Origin: Candidatus Omnitrophota bacterium
GTDB lineage: Bacteria; Omnitrophota; Gorgyraeia; Duberdicusellales; 4484-171
Assembly: GCA_021735045.1 (NCBI GenBank)
Contig: JAIPHU010000004.1
Span: 1 to 32,000 of the forward strand
DNA: 32,000 bases
Direction: 5' to 3'
The notes beneath the pieces are model-generated. The model was not told the origin of the DNA. It did no database searches and saw only the letters and a program-made list of their open reading frames with translations. Position 1 is the first letter of the stretch; the number at the start of each line of letters is the position of its first letter. The translations under genes were made by a program, and so were the position numbers. Of the stretch, positions 14,689-24,080 are shown in pieces.

Positions 14689-16023
14689 ATGTATAATATA
14701 ACACCATCTTCAGGGATTAAGGCTGAACTAAATATACCCGCTGATAAGTCTATTTCACATCGAGCGGTATTTTTGTCGGCTCTTTGCCCGCAGAAAACAA
14801 AAATTTATCCGTTCTTAAGCAGTGATGACACCGAGGCAACTCTAGATTGCATGAAAAGATTAGGGGTTAGCTGTTATCGCGATAGTTCTTCTCAAGATAA
14901 CCTTTATGTCCAAGGAAAAAGTTTGTATTTTCCTAAAGAAGGGGAAGCTAAGCTTTTTGCCGGAGAGTCAGGGACTACAATCAGAATTCTAACTGGTTTA
15001 CTTGTGGGGCAAAAATTTAGTTCTCACTTTAGTGCAAGTACTTATTTAAGCCGTCGGCCGATGAGCAGAATTATTAATCCTTTATCAGAGATGAAAGCAA
15101 ATATCAGCGGAAATCGAAAAACTATCCAAGGTAAAGAAAATATATATCCACCCTTGATGATTGAGCCGGTTCCACAGCTAGTAGGAAAAGAACATAAAAA
15201 TAAAATTGCCAGTGCACAAGTAAAATCGGCACTGCTTTTAGCTGGCTTATATGCAAAGGGACAAACTATAGTGGAGGAGCCTCATAAATCTCGTGATCAT
15301 ACTGAAAAAATGCTTAAAAATTTTGGTGCTGATATCAAAATTAACAACACCACAATCACCTTAACTCCCGGCAACAAGCTAAGGCCTCCCAAAGAAATAT
15401 TTATTCCTTCGGATTTTTCTTCTGCTGCTTTTTTTATAGTTTTAGGCCTGATCTTAAAAAACAGTCAAATAACCATTAAAAATGTTAATCTTAATTCTAC
15501 TCGTTGCGGTTTACTAAAAGTCTTAAAAAGGATGAATGCAGACATAACTATTAAAAACCAAAAGAATGCTGTTGAACCTTATGGTGATCTGGTAGTAAAG
15601 AGCTCTAAACTAAAGCCAACTATTGTTGAACCAGAGGAGATTCCAGCAATGATCGATGAAGTGCCCATACTTTGTGTTGCAGCAGCTTTTGCTAATGGAA
15701 GAACTCAAATTAAAGGAGTAAAAGAGCTTACCGTAAAAGAAACCGATAGAGTCAACTCAATGCTTGTTAATTTAGGTAAAGCTGGTGTTGGTATAGCAAA
15801 AAAATACTACGGCCAAGATGACTTAAAGATAGAAATAAACGGCAGCCGAAACTATAAAGGCGGAGAGTTTGAAAGCTATGGCGATCACCGTACTGCCATG
15901 AGCATGGTGATATTTGCTTTAACTGCCAAAGGGCCCAGTTCTATTGATGATCTAAGATGCATTAATAAGTCATTTCCGGAGTTTATGAAAATAGTTGAAA
16001 AAATTAAAAAAGATGAAGATTGA
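14689..16023 (+). CDS. aroA: 3-phosphoshikimate 1-carboxyvinyltransferase (EPSP synthase)
   Basis: PADKSISHR, GESGTTIR, LSRRPM, KETDR and YGDHRTAMS motifs. ATG 14689 is preferred over the GTG at 14653 based on the usual N-terminal length. Confidence 0.92.
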   Translation: MYNITPSSGIKAELNIPADKSISHRAVFLSALCPQKTKIYPFLSSDDTEATLDCMKRLGVSCYRDSSSQDNLYVQGKSLYFPKEGEAKLFAGESGTTIRILTGLLVGQKFSSHFSASTYLSRRPMSRIINPLSEMKANISGNRKTIQGKENIYPPLMIEPVPQLVGKEHKNKIASAQVKSALLLAGLYAKGQTIVEEPHKSRDHTEKMLKNFGADIKINNTTITLTPGNKLRPPKEIFIPSDFSSAAFFIVLGLILKNSQITIKNVNLNSTRCGLLKVLKRMNADITIKNQKNAVEPYGDLVVKSSKLKPTIVEPEEIPAMIDEVPILCVAAAFANGRTQIKGVKELTVKETDRVNSMLVNLGKAGVGIAKKYYGQDDLKIEINGSRNYKGGEFESYGDHRTAMSMVIFALTAKGPSSIDDLRCINKSFPEFMKIVEKIKKDED

Positions 16024-16633
16024 TCTTCCCTGTTTACCAAAAAAGATAGTTTTAGTTGGCTTAAACTACAGAAAGCACGCTAAAGAACTCGGTATGGATA
16101 TTCCCTCTGAGCCGATTCTTTTTCTTAAACCTCCTTCTTCACTGATTAGATCAGGCCAGGATATTATTTATCCCCAAGGAGTTAAGCGCATTGATTATGA
16201 AGCAGAGTTAGCAGTAATCATTAAAAAGAGGGCTAAGTGCATTAAAGAAAGCCGGGCAAAGGATTATATTTTAGGCTATAGTTGCTTAAATGATGTTACT
16301 GCCCGTAATCTACAAAAAAAAGATGGCCAGTGGACCAGAGCTAAGTCTTTTGATACCTTTTGCCCTCTCGGGCCTTGTGTTGAGACCGACTTAAATCCTG
16401 ATTCGTTAAAGATTCAGACTTTTCTTAATGGTAAAATCAAACAAAGTTCCAATACATCAGATTTTATTTTTTCGGTTAACTATATACTCTCTTTTATCTC
16501 TAAAGTTATGACCCTGGAGGCTGGCGATATAGTTTCAACCGGTACACCTGAAGGGATAGGGCCAATGCAAAAAGGCGATAAGGTAGTTGTAGATATCGAA
16601 GGCATTGGGAGTTTAGAAAATCAAGTAGTTTAA
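16013..16633 (+). CDS. Fumarylacetoacetate hydrolase (FAH)-family protein
   Basis: [28 protein letters not shown] and TGTPEGIG motifs. The start may be ATG 16013 or TTG 15995. It overlaps the aroA 3' end. Confidence 0.85.
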   Translation: MKIDLPCLPKKIVLVGLNYRKHAKELGMDIPSEPILFLKPPSSLIRSGQDIIYPQGVKRIDYEAELAVIIKKRAKCIKESRAKDYILGYSCLNDVTARNLQKKDGQWTRAKSFDTFCPLGPCVETDLNPDSLKIQTFLNGKIKQSSNTSDFIFSVNYILSFISKVMTLEAGDIVSTGTPEGIGPMQKGDKVVVDIEGIGSLENQVV

Positions 16634-16646
16634 AAAGGAGGCAAAA

Positions 16647-17063
16647 TTGAAAAGTTTAACTAAATATTTAACTTTTAACACCAAAAAAGAAGTAGAACTT
16701 ATTAACATTACCAATCAGATTGAATCTTTAGTTGCAGAAAGTAAGATTAAAGAAGGAATTTGTCTGGTTAATGCAATGCATATTACAGCTTCAGTTTTTA
16801 TAAATGATGAAGAAGAAGGCCTAAAACAAGATTTTAAAGATTGGCTCGAAAAGCTTGCTCCCAAAGATGTTTCTTTGTATCGACATAATTTAGGCGTAGA
16901 AGATAACGGGCACGCTCACCTAAAACGAACCATTATGGGCCGAGAGGTTGTAATCGCAATAACTCAGGGAAAACTTGATTTTGGTCCATGGGAACAAGTT
17001 TTTTATGGCGAATTTGATGGAAAACGCTCAAAAAGAGTAGCTGTTAAGTTAATTGGCGAATAA
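16647..17063 (+). CDS. YjbQ/UPF0047-family protein (secondary thiamine-phosphate synthase-like)
   Basis: TTG start with AAAGGAGG upstream. [22 protein letters not shown] and GPWEQVF..EFDG motifs. Confidence 0.85.
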   Translation: MKSLTKYLTFNTKKEVELINITNQIESLVAESKIKEGICLVNAMHITASVFINDEEEGLKQDFKDWLEKLAPKDVSLYRHNLGVEDNGHAHLKRTIMGREVVIAITQGKLDFGPWEQVFYGEFDGKRSKRVAVKLIGE

Positions 17064-17067
17064 TCAG

Positions 17068-17097
17068 TTGGAAATAGGTTTTAATTTATGTTATATT
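17068..17097 (+). promoter_or_regulatory. Candidate promoter with extended -10 (TTGGAA ... TGtTATATT)
   Basis: TTGGAA at 17068-17073, TG at 17089-17090, TATATT at 17092-17097. It sits about 60 nt upstream of the prepilin-like gene. Confidence 0.45.
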
Positions 17098-17158
17098 ATA
17101 ATGGTGGAGAAAATATTAAATGTATGGTTAAAATTGATCAATAACAGGAAGGTGTAAG

Positions 17159-18157
17159 ATGAAAAGCAGAAAAAATTTTACTTTGATTGAACTGTTGATT
17201 GTAGTTATTATTTTAGGTACTGTAGCTACTTTTGCAATTCCTGCTTATCGAAATGTGGTAGAAAACTCCAAAGCTAAAGTATGTCGGACAAATTTAAAAC
17301 TTTTGATCGGGGGAGTAAAATCATATGCTCTTGAAAACGATAAACTGCCTGGATCTTTGGGCCAGCTTAGAGATAGACACCTAGATAGAGCTTGGGCTCA
17401 AATTTTAGAAAAAGAAGATAGATGGAAGATAGATTTAGCTTATTTAATTGTTAATATCGACAAAGGAAAATTAGCTTTTGCACAAGGAAGCTGGGATGAT
17501 ATGATCTCTTTAACTTGTCCTGCCGATGATACACCGCCGCCACAAGGCCATTCCTATGGAATAAACAAAAATATTGCTAATATGAGCCTTGAAGATTTTA
17601 AAAAGTTACCAGAGGATACCATAATAGTTGCTGATAGTAATAATCCAACTTTTACAAAAGTTTTACACAGACATAAACATTATAATCTAACCGGCGCCAG
17701 TAAATACGGACAATCAGCTACAAAAGATAAACAGCTTAGAGTTCATGGGTTAAGCAGCTCTGTCAAAGTTCCTGGAGTAAGCAGAAAACCTAGTAAAATG
17801 AATCCTTCTGGAATAGAACAAAGAAATGGACGCCCTGTTTACTCACCTGGTCTTGGTAATAGCCCTGTTTCACCTGCAGCTTCTAACTCTCCTATAGATA
17901 GAACTATCGGAAATTTTGGTTCAGGGGAGTTAAGTGATGAAAATCCTGACCAGGGTGGATATGGTAGTGATGTAACCAGTTCTGCTGGTTTTAATCAACT
18001 TAATAGACCGGTTGAGTCAACAGCTCCTGCTGAAAGTAGCTCCGGAGGTCATTCGCGTCCTCAACCAAGCCAAACTGCAGAAGATGATCAAGAAGCAGAA
18101 GAGGAAGATGATGACGACGATTGTCCTTGGTATGACCCATTTTGTTGGTTTAGTTAA
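17159..18157 (+). CDS. Prepilin-type N-terminal domain protein (PulG / type IV pilin-like) with a long disordered acidic C-terminal extension
   Basis: N-terminus MKSRKN-FTLIELLIVVIILGTVATFAIPAY (class III signal-like, Glu at +5). RBS AGGAAGG. The C-terminal ~140 aa are rich in S, P, G, D and E and end in DDDDCPWYDPFCWFS. Confidence 0.85.
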   Translation: MKSRKNFTLIELLIVVIILGTVATFAIPAYRNVVENSKAKVCRTNLKLLIGGVKSYALENDKLPGSLGQLRDRHLDRAWAQILEKEDRWKIDLAYLIVNIDKGKLAFAQGSWDDMISLTCPADDTPPPQGHSYGINKNIANMSLEDFKKLPEDTIIVADSNNPTFTKVLHRHKHYNLTGASKYGQSATKDKQLRVHGLSSSVKVPGVSRKPSKMNPSGIEQRNGRPVYSPGLGNSPVSPAASNSPIDRTIGNFGSGELSDENPDQGGYGSDVTSSAGFNQLNRPVESTAPAESSSGGHSRPQPSQTAEDDQEAEEEDDDDDCPWYDPFCWFS

Positions 18158-18188
18158 ATAAAAGATATCTAGCAAAAAAAACAATAGA

Positions 18189-20450
18189 GTGCAAAACAAA
18201 AAATATTCATTTCTTGTAGTTTTTGCTTTCATATCTTTCCTTTTTTTTCTTTATTCCCCCGACTATACAGCTAAAATAGATGACCTTATAAGTAAAGTTT
18301 TCTACGCTATTCAAAAAGATCAACTCGATCCGTCTAATCTTGTCGTAGTCAAAATCGATGATAAAACGCTCAAAGAAGTTAATAGTAAATGGCCTTTTGA
18401 CCGTAGTTTATATGCAAAAGCACTCAAAATAATTGATAAATATAACCCAAAAGTAATAGGAATAGATATTGTTTTTGCCGGTGAAGGTAGCAAGGAAAAA
18501 GAAGATCAAGTTTTTGCATCCGCTTTAGAAAAAAATAAATCACCGGTAGTTTTAGCATATTTTTTGGGAAAAAAAGGTAAGCCCATATATCCTCAGAAAG
18601 AACTTAAGTTAAATGCAACCACAGCATTTATCAACGTTCCAGCTGGCGATGATCAGATTATCCGTTATGCACGCGGCTATTACAAAAAAAATAATTTTTC
18701 AGATTTTTCCTGGACAGTTAAAATTGCTTCTTATTTTTACAACACAACTCCTCAAAAAGAGTTAAATAAAATTGCAATTAATAAAACTGAAATTCCTCTT
18801 GAAGTAAATCAAATATTTTTAATAAACTACTTGTTGAAACCAAAAGATTTTCATAATATTTCTTTTTATCAAATATTTTCTAAGGATTTTTCGCCTAAAA
18901 TTTTTACCGGAAAAATAGTATTAATATCACCAACCTTAGAGATAATCCATGATATCTATTCTACTCCTTTAGGAAAGATGCCGGGTATCTATATACACGG
19001 CAATGCACTTTTTAATATTATTCACAAAAAAATAGTACAAAATACTCCGTTTATATTAAATTTTATTTTTTTACTAATAGCTTTGTTAGCTATTGGATAC
19101 TTTTTTATAACTTATACATTTTTGCGTTATATTATTCTTTCTACCGGTGTCTTGCTTTTATTACTTTGGGTCGATATTGGTTTAAGATTTAATGGATTTC
19201 AACTCCCTTACGGAAAGATAGCAGTTTCATGTTTTATGTTTATAAGTTTAGGGGCTGCCTATAGCTATCTAAATTATCTATTAGCTGTTGCTAAAATTAA
19301 AAATCGTGCCGTAGTTGACCCTCTAACCGGACTTTATAATATAAGATATTTTTTTGAACGTCTCTCTTTTGATACAAAAAAAATACCTAGACCGAAAATA
19401 TATGAGGTTATAGTACGAATAAAAGGGTTCAAGAAAGCTTTGAATGATTTAAGTTTTTCTGAAATTAAATCTTTCTGGAACGAACTAGACAGTCTTTTGC
19501 ATTCGATATCTAAACTTTGGTGTAGTTATTCTCAAGAAACGATTATTGGAAAAGTGACTACCATAAAAAAGCTTGATATCCTTAAGGAAAAAATCAAAAA
19601 TTTATTATCTAAATACCAAATTCAGATCAACGTTCAGCTAGGGGCTATAAAGTTAACCCCTAAACTACTACAAAAAGCAGCTTTATCTGAACTAATAAAT
19701 AAGATTGACCAAAGCGAAAAAGAAATAATTCTTTTCAACGAAAAAGAATTAACTGTTTCAAAACATAAAAAAAATAAAATTTCAGATTTTCTTTCTTCCC
19801 TTTATGCTGATACTGAAGAAAAAAATAGAGAGCTTCTTCTCCATATAAAAAAGATTAAAGAAGAAGAAAACAAAACAAAAAAAGCATATCTTCAGCTAGT
19901 AGCTTCTTTAATCTCTGCTTTAGAATCTAAAGATCCCTATACTGAAGGACATTCAAACCGAGTTTGTAAATATGCTTTGATGCTAGCTGATCAAATCGAT
20001 TTATCAAAAGAAGAGAAAGACAAAATAGAAAAAGCTGCTTTATTGCACGATTTAGGAAAAATCGGTATCTCTGATTACGTTCTTCATAAAAAAGGTAAGT
20101 TATCCGAAACAGAATTTAATATTATAAAGGAACATTCAACTACTAGTGCAAAAATTTTAAAACCCATTGATGAATTTAAGGAAATTATTCCTTATATATT
20201 ACATCACCACGAAAGCTTTGACGGAAGTGGATACCCCCATGGACTAGCTGGTAACTTCATCCCCCTTGGTGCCCGAATCTTAGCGGTAGCAGATATTTTT
20301 GATGCCTTAATTACCGGAAGAGACTACAAAAAGGCCTTCGAGCCTAAAAAAGCAACAGCTATACTTAAAGATATGAAAAATAAGAAACTAGACCCAAAGC
20401 TAGTAGATAGTTTTATTGCAGCTTTAAAGAAAAACCGAATTATTGATTAA
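18189..20450 (+). CDS. Membrane sensor: CHASE2 domain, degenerate GGDEF-like domain, HD-GYP phosphodiesterase domain
   Basis: GTG start. VVVKIDDKTL..WPFDRSLYAKAL..IGIDIVF is CHASE2-like and is followed by 3-4 TM helices. DPLTGLYNIRYF marks the GGDEF N-terminus, but the GGDEF position reads YSQETI. The C-terminus has HSNRV, LHDLGKI and HHHESFDGSGYPHGL. Confidence 0.85.
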   Translation: MQNKKYSFLVVFAFISFLFFLYSPDYTAKIDDLISKVFYAIQKDQLDPSNLVVVKIDDKTLKEVNSKWPFDRSLYAKALKIIDKYNPKVIGIDIVFAGEGSKEKEDQVFASALEKNKSPVVLAYFLGKKGKPIYPQKELKLNATTAFINVPAGDDQIIRYARGYYKKNNFSDFSWTVKIASYFYNTTPQKELNKIAINKTEIPLEVNQIFLINYLLKPKDFHNISFYQIFSKDFSPKIFTGKIVLISPTLEIIHDIYSTPLGKMPGIYIHGNALFNIIHKKIVQNTPFILNFIFLLIALLAIGYFFITYTFLRYIILSTGVLLLLLWVDIGLRFNGFQLPYGKIAVSCFMFISLGAAYSYLNYLLAVAKIKNRAVVDPLTGLYNIRYFFERLSFDTKKIPRPKIYEVIVRIKGFKKALNDLSFSEIKSFWNELDSLLHSISKLWCSYSQETIIGKVTTIKKLDILKEKIKNLLSKYQIQINVQLGAIKLTPKLLQKAALSELINKIDQSEKEIILFNEKELTVSKHKKNKISDFLSSLYADTEEKNRELLLHIKKIKEEENKTKKAYLQLVASLISALESKDPYTEGHSNRVCKYALMLADQIDLSKEEKDKIEKAALLHDLGKIGISDYVLHKKGKLSETEFNIIKEHSTTSAKILKPIDEFKEIIPYILHHHESFDGSGYPHGLAGNFIPLGARILAVADIFDALITGRDYKKAFEPKKATAILKDMKNKKLDPKLVDSFIAALKKNRIID

Positions 20451-20478
20451 TATCTATATCCATTCATCTAACTAACCC

Positions 20479-20507
20479 TTGACACAGAATCCTATCAACG
20501 GTAAATT
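20479..20507 (+). promoter_or_regulatory. Candidate sigma70 promoter (TTGACA-N17-TAAATT) placed for a leaderless valS transcript
   Basis: -35 TTGACA at 20479-20484, 17-nt spacer, -10 TAAATT at 20502-20507. The valS ATG at 20515 is 7 nt past the -10, and no SD is present. Confidence 0.5.
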
Positions 20508-20514
20508 AATCACC

Positions 20515-23202
20515 ATGGAAATACCAACTAGATACAATCCCAAGGAAACCGAAAAAAGGATTCTTCAGGAGTGGTTAAAAAGTTCAACGTTTCATGCAAC
20601 AAAAAAAACCAATAAAGATCCTTTCTCTATTGTAATACCTCCGCCTAATATTACTGGAATTCTCCATATGGGGCATGCTTTAAATAATACTATCCAAGAT
20701 GTATTAGTTCGTTATAAGCGTATGCGAGGCTATGAGGCGCTTTGGATGCCGGGGACTGACCATGCTGGAATTGCTACTCAAAATGTTGTTGAACGTGCAT
20801 TAGCCAAAGAAGGTAAAACCAAAGATGATGTAGGTAGAGAAGAATTTCAAAAGCGTCTTTGGTCCTGGAAAGATAACTATGGCTCTAGGATAATTGACCA
20901 GCTTAAAAAAATTGGGGCTAGCTGTGACTGGAAAAGATTAAGATTTACTATGGACCAAGCTTATAGCCGGGCTGTAGGTGAAGTCTTTCTTCAGCTTTTT
21001 AATCAAGATTTAATCTATCGCGGTAACTATATCATAAATTGGTGCCCGCGCTGTAAGACTGCTCTTAGCGATGAAGAGGCAGCCCACAAAGAAGTTGACG
21101 GTTGGTTATATTATTTACGTTATCCGGTTGAAACTAAAGAAGGTGATAAAAAGTATATTAGTGTAGCTACAACTCGGCCTGAGACTATGCTCGGTGATAC
21201 AGCAGTAGCTATAAATCCTAAAGATAAAAGATACAGTTGGCTTAAAGAAGCCAAAGTAATTTTACCAATTGCAGGAAGATCTTTAAAGATTATTGAAGAT
21301 AAAGCCGTTGATCCAGAGTTTGGAACCGGAGTTGTTAAAGTTACTCCGGCTCATGATCCAGTTGATTTTCAACTAGGCAAAAAGCACGATCTTGAGTTTA
21401 TAAATATAATGAATGAAGATGCAACATTAAATCAAAACGTACCGGAAAATTTCCAAGGCCTAGACCGTTTTGAAGCTAGGGCTGCGCTAGTTGAACTATT
21501 GGCCCAAAAGAAACTTATTGAAAAGAAAGAACCTTACAATCTCGGGGCTGGCCATTGCTATAGATGTAATACTATAGTTGAGCCGCGGATTTCTTTGCAG
21601 TGGTTTGTGAAGATGAAACCTCTTGCCCAGGAAGCAATAAAAGTTGTTCAACAAGACAAAATAAAATTTTACCCCCGGCGTTGGAAAAAAGTTTACCTTA
21701 ATTGGATGTTTAATATCCAGGATTGGTGTATTTCCCGTCAAATCTGGTGGGGGCACAGAATTCCGGTCTGGTATTGCCAAGATTGCTATAATCCAGATTC
21801 AGGCGATAAAAAAGGAATTATTGCTGCGAAGGAAAAACCAGAAAAATGCCCTGATTGCGGTAGCCAAAAGTTAAAACAAGACCCAGATGTATTAGATACT
21901 TGGTTTTCAAGCTGGCTTTGGCCTTTTGCGACTTTTGGCTGGCCGTTTGAAAAACGAGGGACGAGGGACGAGGGACGAGGGACGAAAGAGAAAAAAGAGG
22001 AGTTTGAGTATTTTTATCCGACCAATACCCTGGTAACTGCCTCAGAAATACTTTTTTTCTGGGTAGCACGAATGATTATGGCATCATTAAAGTTTACCGG
22101 AAAAATTCCTTTTTCTGATGTAATCATCCACGGAACAGTTAGAGACGATAAGGGGATAAAGATGTCAAAATCCTTAGGCAATGTTATCGATCCTCTGGAG
22201 ATCATCGACAAATATGGAGCTGATGCTCTCCGCTTTTCTTTGATGTTTTTAGCAGCCAGCGGTTCAGATGTTTTTCTATCTACAGATAAATTTTTAATGG
22301 GACGAAATTTTTCAAATAAAATTTGGAATGCTAACCGTTTTATTTTTTCAAAAATTCAAGATAAAAAAATCAACATCGATAAATTAGAATATAGTTTTGA
22401 AGATGAGTCAGATGCTTGGATTCTAGATAAGTTAAATAAAACAGTTGCGAATTGTTCTAAAGCTATAGAAAAGCACAGAATAGATGAAGCAATAAAAAAA
22501 GCTTATGATTTTTTCTGGCATTCTTTTTGCGACTGGTATCTTGAGATTATTAAAGATAATTTTAATCAAGAAAAGGCAAATAATTCAGTTTTTATTTTGA
22601 TTTCATCGCTTCAACTTCTGCATCCTTTTATTCCGTTTATTACCGAGGAGATTTTTTCTTTGATTAAGCAGAATAGTTCTTTGCCGGTAACTGAATCTAT
22701 ATCGAAATCGGGTTGGCCGAAGCAGCAGAAAATCGACATAAACCCTGAGAGCCTGGTTATTTTTACAAAAATAATCGATAGTGTAGATAAGATAAGAGAC
22801 CTGCGTGGAGATTTAGGTTTAGGCCAGGAAAAAATATCTTTAGAAGTTAAAACTAACCTCGGTCTAAGAGAGTTTTGGAATAGGCATAAGGGTTGGTTTA
22901 GTAAGCTGGTAGCCGCCAATAATGTTAATTTAGTTGACAATCTAGAAAGAGTTTTTTACCAAAATAAATATTGGTCAATTAACTTAAAAATTGATTCAGC
23001 AAACCTAGATAAATTTAGCCAGGCCCTGGATAAAAAGATTGATAACTTTAGTTCTTTAATTAAAAAAACAGAAGGCAAGTTAAAGAATGAAAATTTTATC
23101 AAAAATGCACCTAAAAATATTATAGCCAAAGAAAAAGCAAAACAAAGTGATTTTTCTAAACAACTTATGCGTCTAAAAAATTTAAAGGAGATAATCAGCT
23201 GA
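20515..23202 (+). CDS. valS: Valyl-tRNA synthetase
   Basis: PPPNITGILHMGHALN (HIGH), KMSKSLGN, editing domain, and a C-terminal coiled coil. MEIPTRYNPKETE matches typical ValRS N-termini. The ORF-track TTG at 20479 coincides with the -35 hexamer. Confidence 0.95.
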   Translation: MEIPTRYNPKETEKRILQEWLKSSTFHATKKTNKDPFSIVIPPPNITGILHMGHALNNTIQDVLVRYKRMRGYEALWMPGTDHAGIATQNVVERALAKEGKTKDDVGREEFQKRLWSWKDNYGSRIIDQLKKIGASCDWKRLRFTMDQAYSRAVGEVFLQLFNQDLIYRGNYIINWCPRCKTALSDEEAAHKEVDGWLYYLRYPVETKEGDKKYISVATTRPETMLGDTAVAINPKDKRYSWLKEAKVILPIAGRSLKIIEDKAVDPEFGTGVVKVTPAHDPVDFQLGKKHDLEFINIMNEDATLNQNVPENFQGLDRFEARAALVELLAQKKLIEKKEPYNLGAGHCYRCNTIVEPRISLQWFVKMKPLAQEAIKVVQQDKIKFYPRRWKKVYLNWMFNIQDWCISRQIWWGHRIPVWYCQDCYNPDSGDKKGIIAAKEKPEKCPDCGSQKLKQDPDVLDTWFSSWLWPFATFGWPFEKRGTRDEGRGTKEKKEEFEYFYPTNTLVTASEILFFWVARMIMASLKFTGKIPFSDVIIHGTVRDDKGIKMSKSLGNVIDPLEIIDKYGADALRFSLMFLAASGSDVFLSTDKFLMGRNFSNKIWNANRFIFSKIQDKKINIDKLEYSFEDESDAWILDKLNKTVANCSKAIEKHRIDEAIKKAYDFFWHSFCDWYLEIIKDNFNQEKANNSVFILISSLQLLHPFIPFITEEIFSLIKQNSSLPVTESISKSGWPKQQKIDINPESLVIFTKIIDSVDKIRDLRGDLGLGQEKISLEVKTNLGLREFWNRHKGWFSKLVAANNVNLVDNLERVFYQNKYWSINLKIDSANLDKFSQALDKKIDNFSSLIKKTEGKLKNENFIKNAPKNIIAKEKAKQSDFSKQLMRLKNLKEIIS
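21954..21988 (+). repeat. Heptanucleotide tandem repeat (ACGAGGG x4 plus degenerate ACGAAAG) inside valS
   Basis: Units at 21954-21960, 21961-21967, 21968-21974 and 21975-21981, with a degenerate unit at 21982-21988. It encodes KRGTRDEGRGTKE in a linker between the WPF and FYPT motifs. Confidence 0.92.
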
Positions 23203-23203
23203 A

Positions 23204-24070
23204 ATGATTTCAAATAAAACTAAACAAATTATCCAAAGAGCTTTATTAGAAGATAAAGTAAAACAAGATAAAACAACTCGCTTGGTTATTCCGGCTAAAA
23301 AGAAAGGCCAAGCTGTAATAACTGCTAAAGAAAAAGGAGTTCTTTGTGGAACAGATTTAGTTAAGTTCATCTTTAAAAAAATAGATAAAAAAATTAAGGT
23401 AGAATTTTTTGCTAAAGACGCAGATCTTATCAATAAGGAAGAAAAAGTAGCTACCATCTCAGGCAATTTACAAACCATATTAAAAGCCGAAAGAGTTGCC
23501 TTAAACTTTTTGTCTTTACTTTCAGGGGTAGCTACCACAGCTTGGTTGTTTGTGAATAAAGTAAAGAAGGCAAAGGTTGCTATAAAAGATACTCGTAAAA
23601 CTACACCTGGTTTACGCAAACTAGAAAAATATGCGGTTTTAGTTGGCGGGGGAAAGAATCACCGTTATAGCCTAGCTGAAGGAATTATTGTAAAAGACAA
23701 CCACCTTAAAGCAGCAGGTATAGTTAATAAAGAAAATAAAGTAAATCATAAAAGCTTAAAAGAGGCTATAAAAAAGTTAAGAAAAAAGACAAAATTTCCG
23801 ATTGAAATCGAAGTTGAAACCTTTCAAGAGTTTCTTGAAGTTGCTAAATATAGCCCGGATATAATTATGCTTGATAATTTTTCTAAAAAAGATTTAGTTA
23901 AAGCTGTAGGCTACCGGAATAAACATTTTCCGAAAATAGAGCTTGAGGCTTCCGGTGGAATTAGCTTAAGAAATATTGAAACAGTCGCCTCAACCGGAGT
24001 TGATTCTATATCGGTTGGGTCAATCACCCATTCTCCTAAAGCTCTTGATTTTTCCTTAGAACTTAATTAA
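23204..24070 (+). CDS. nadC: Nicotinate-nucleotide pyrophosphorylase (carboxylating)
   Basis: ERVALNFL..LSGVAT, DTRKTTPGLR, EKYAV..GGG.NHR, VKDNH and EASGGI motifs. It starts 1 nt after the valS stop. Confidence 0.9.
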   Translation: MISNKTKQIIQRALLEDKVKQDKTTRLVIPAKKKGQAVITAKEKGVLCGTDLVKFIFKKIDKKIKVEFFAKDADLINKEEKVATISGNLQTILKAERVALNFLSLLSGVATTAWLFVNKVKKAKVAIKDTRKTTPGLRKLEKYAVLVGGGKNHRYSLAEGIIVKDNHLKAAGIVNKENKVNHKSLKEAIKKLRKKTKFPIEIEVETFQEFLEVAKYSPDIIMLDNFSKKDLVKAVGYRNKHFPKIELEASGGISLRNIETVASTGVDSISVGSITHSPKALDFSLELN

Positions 24071-24080
24071 CTTTTCTAAA

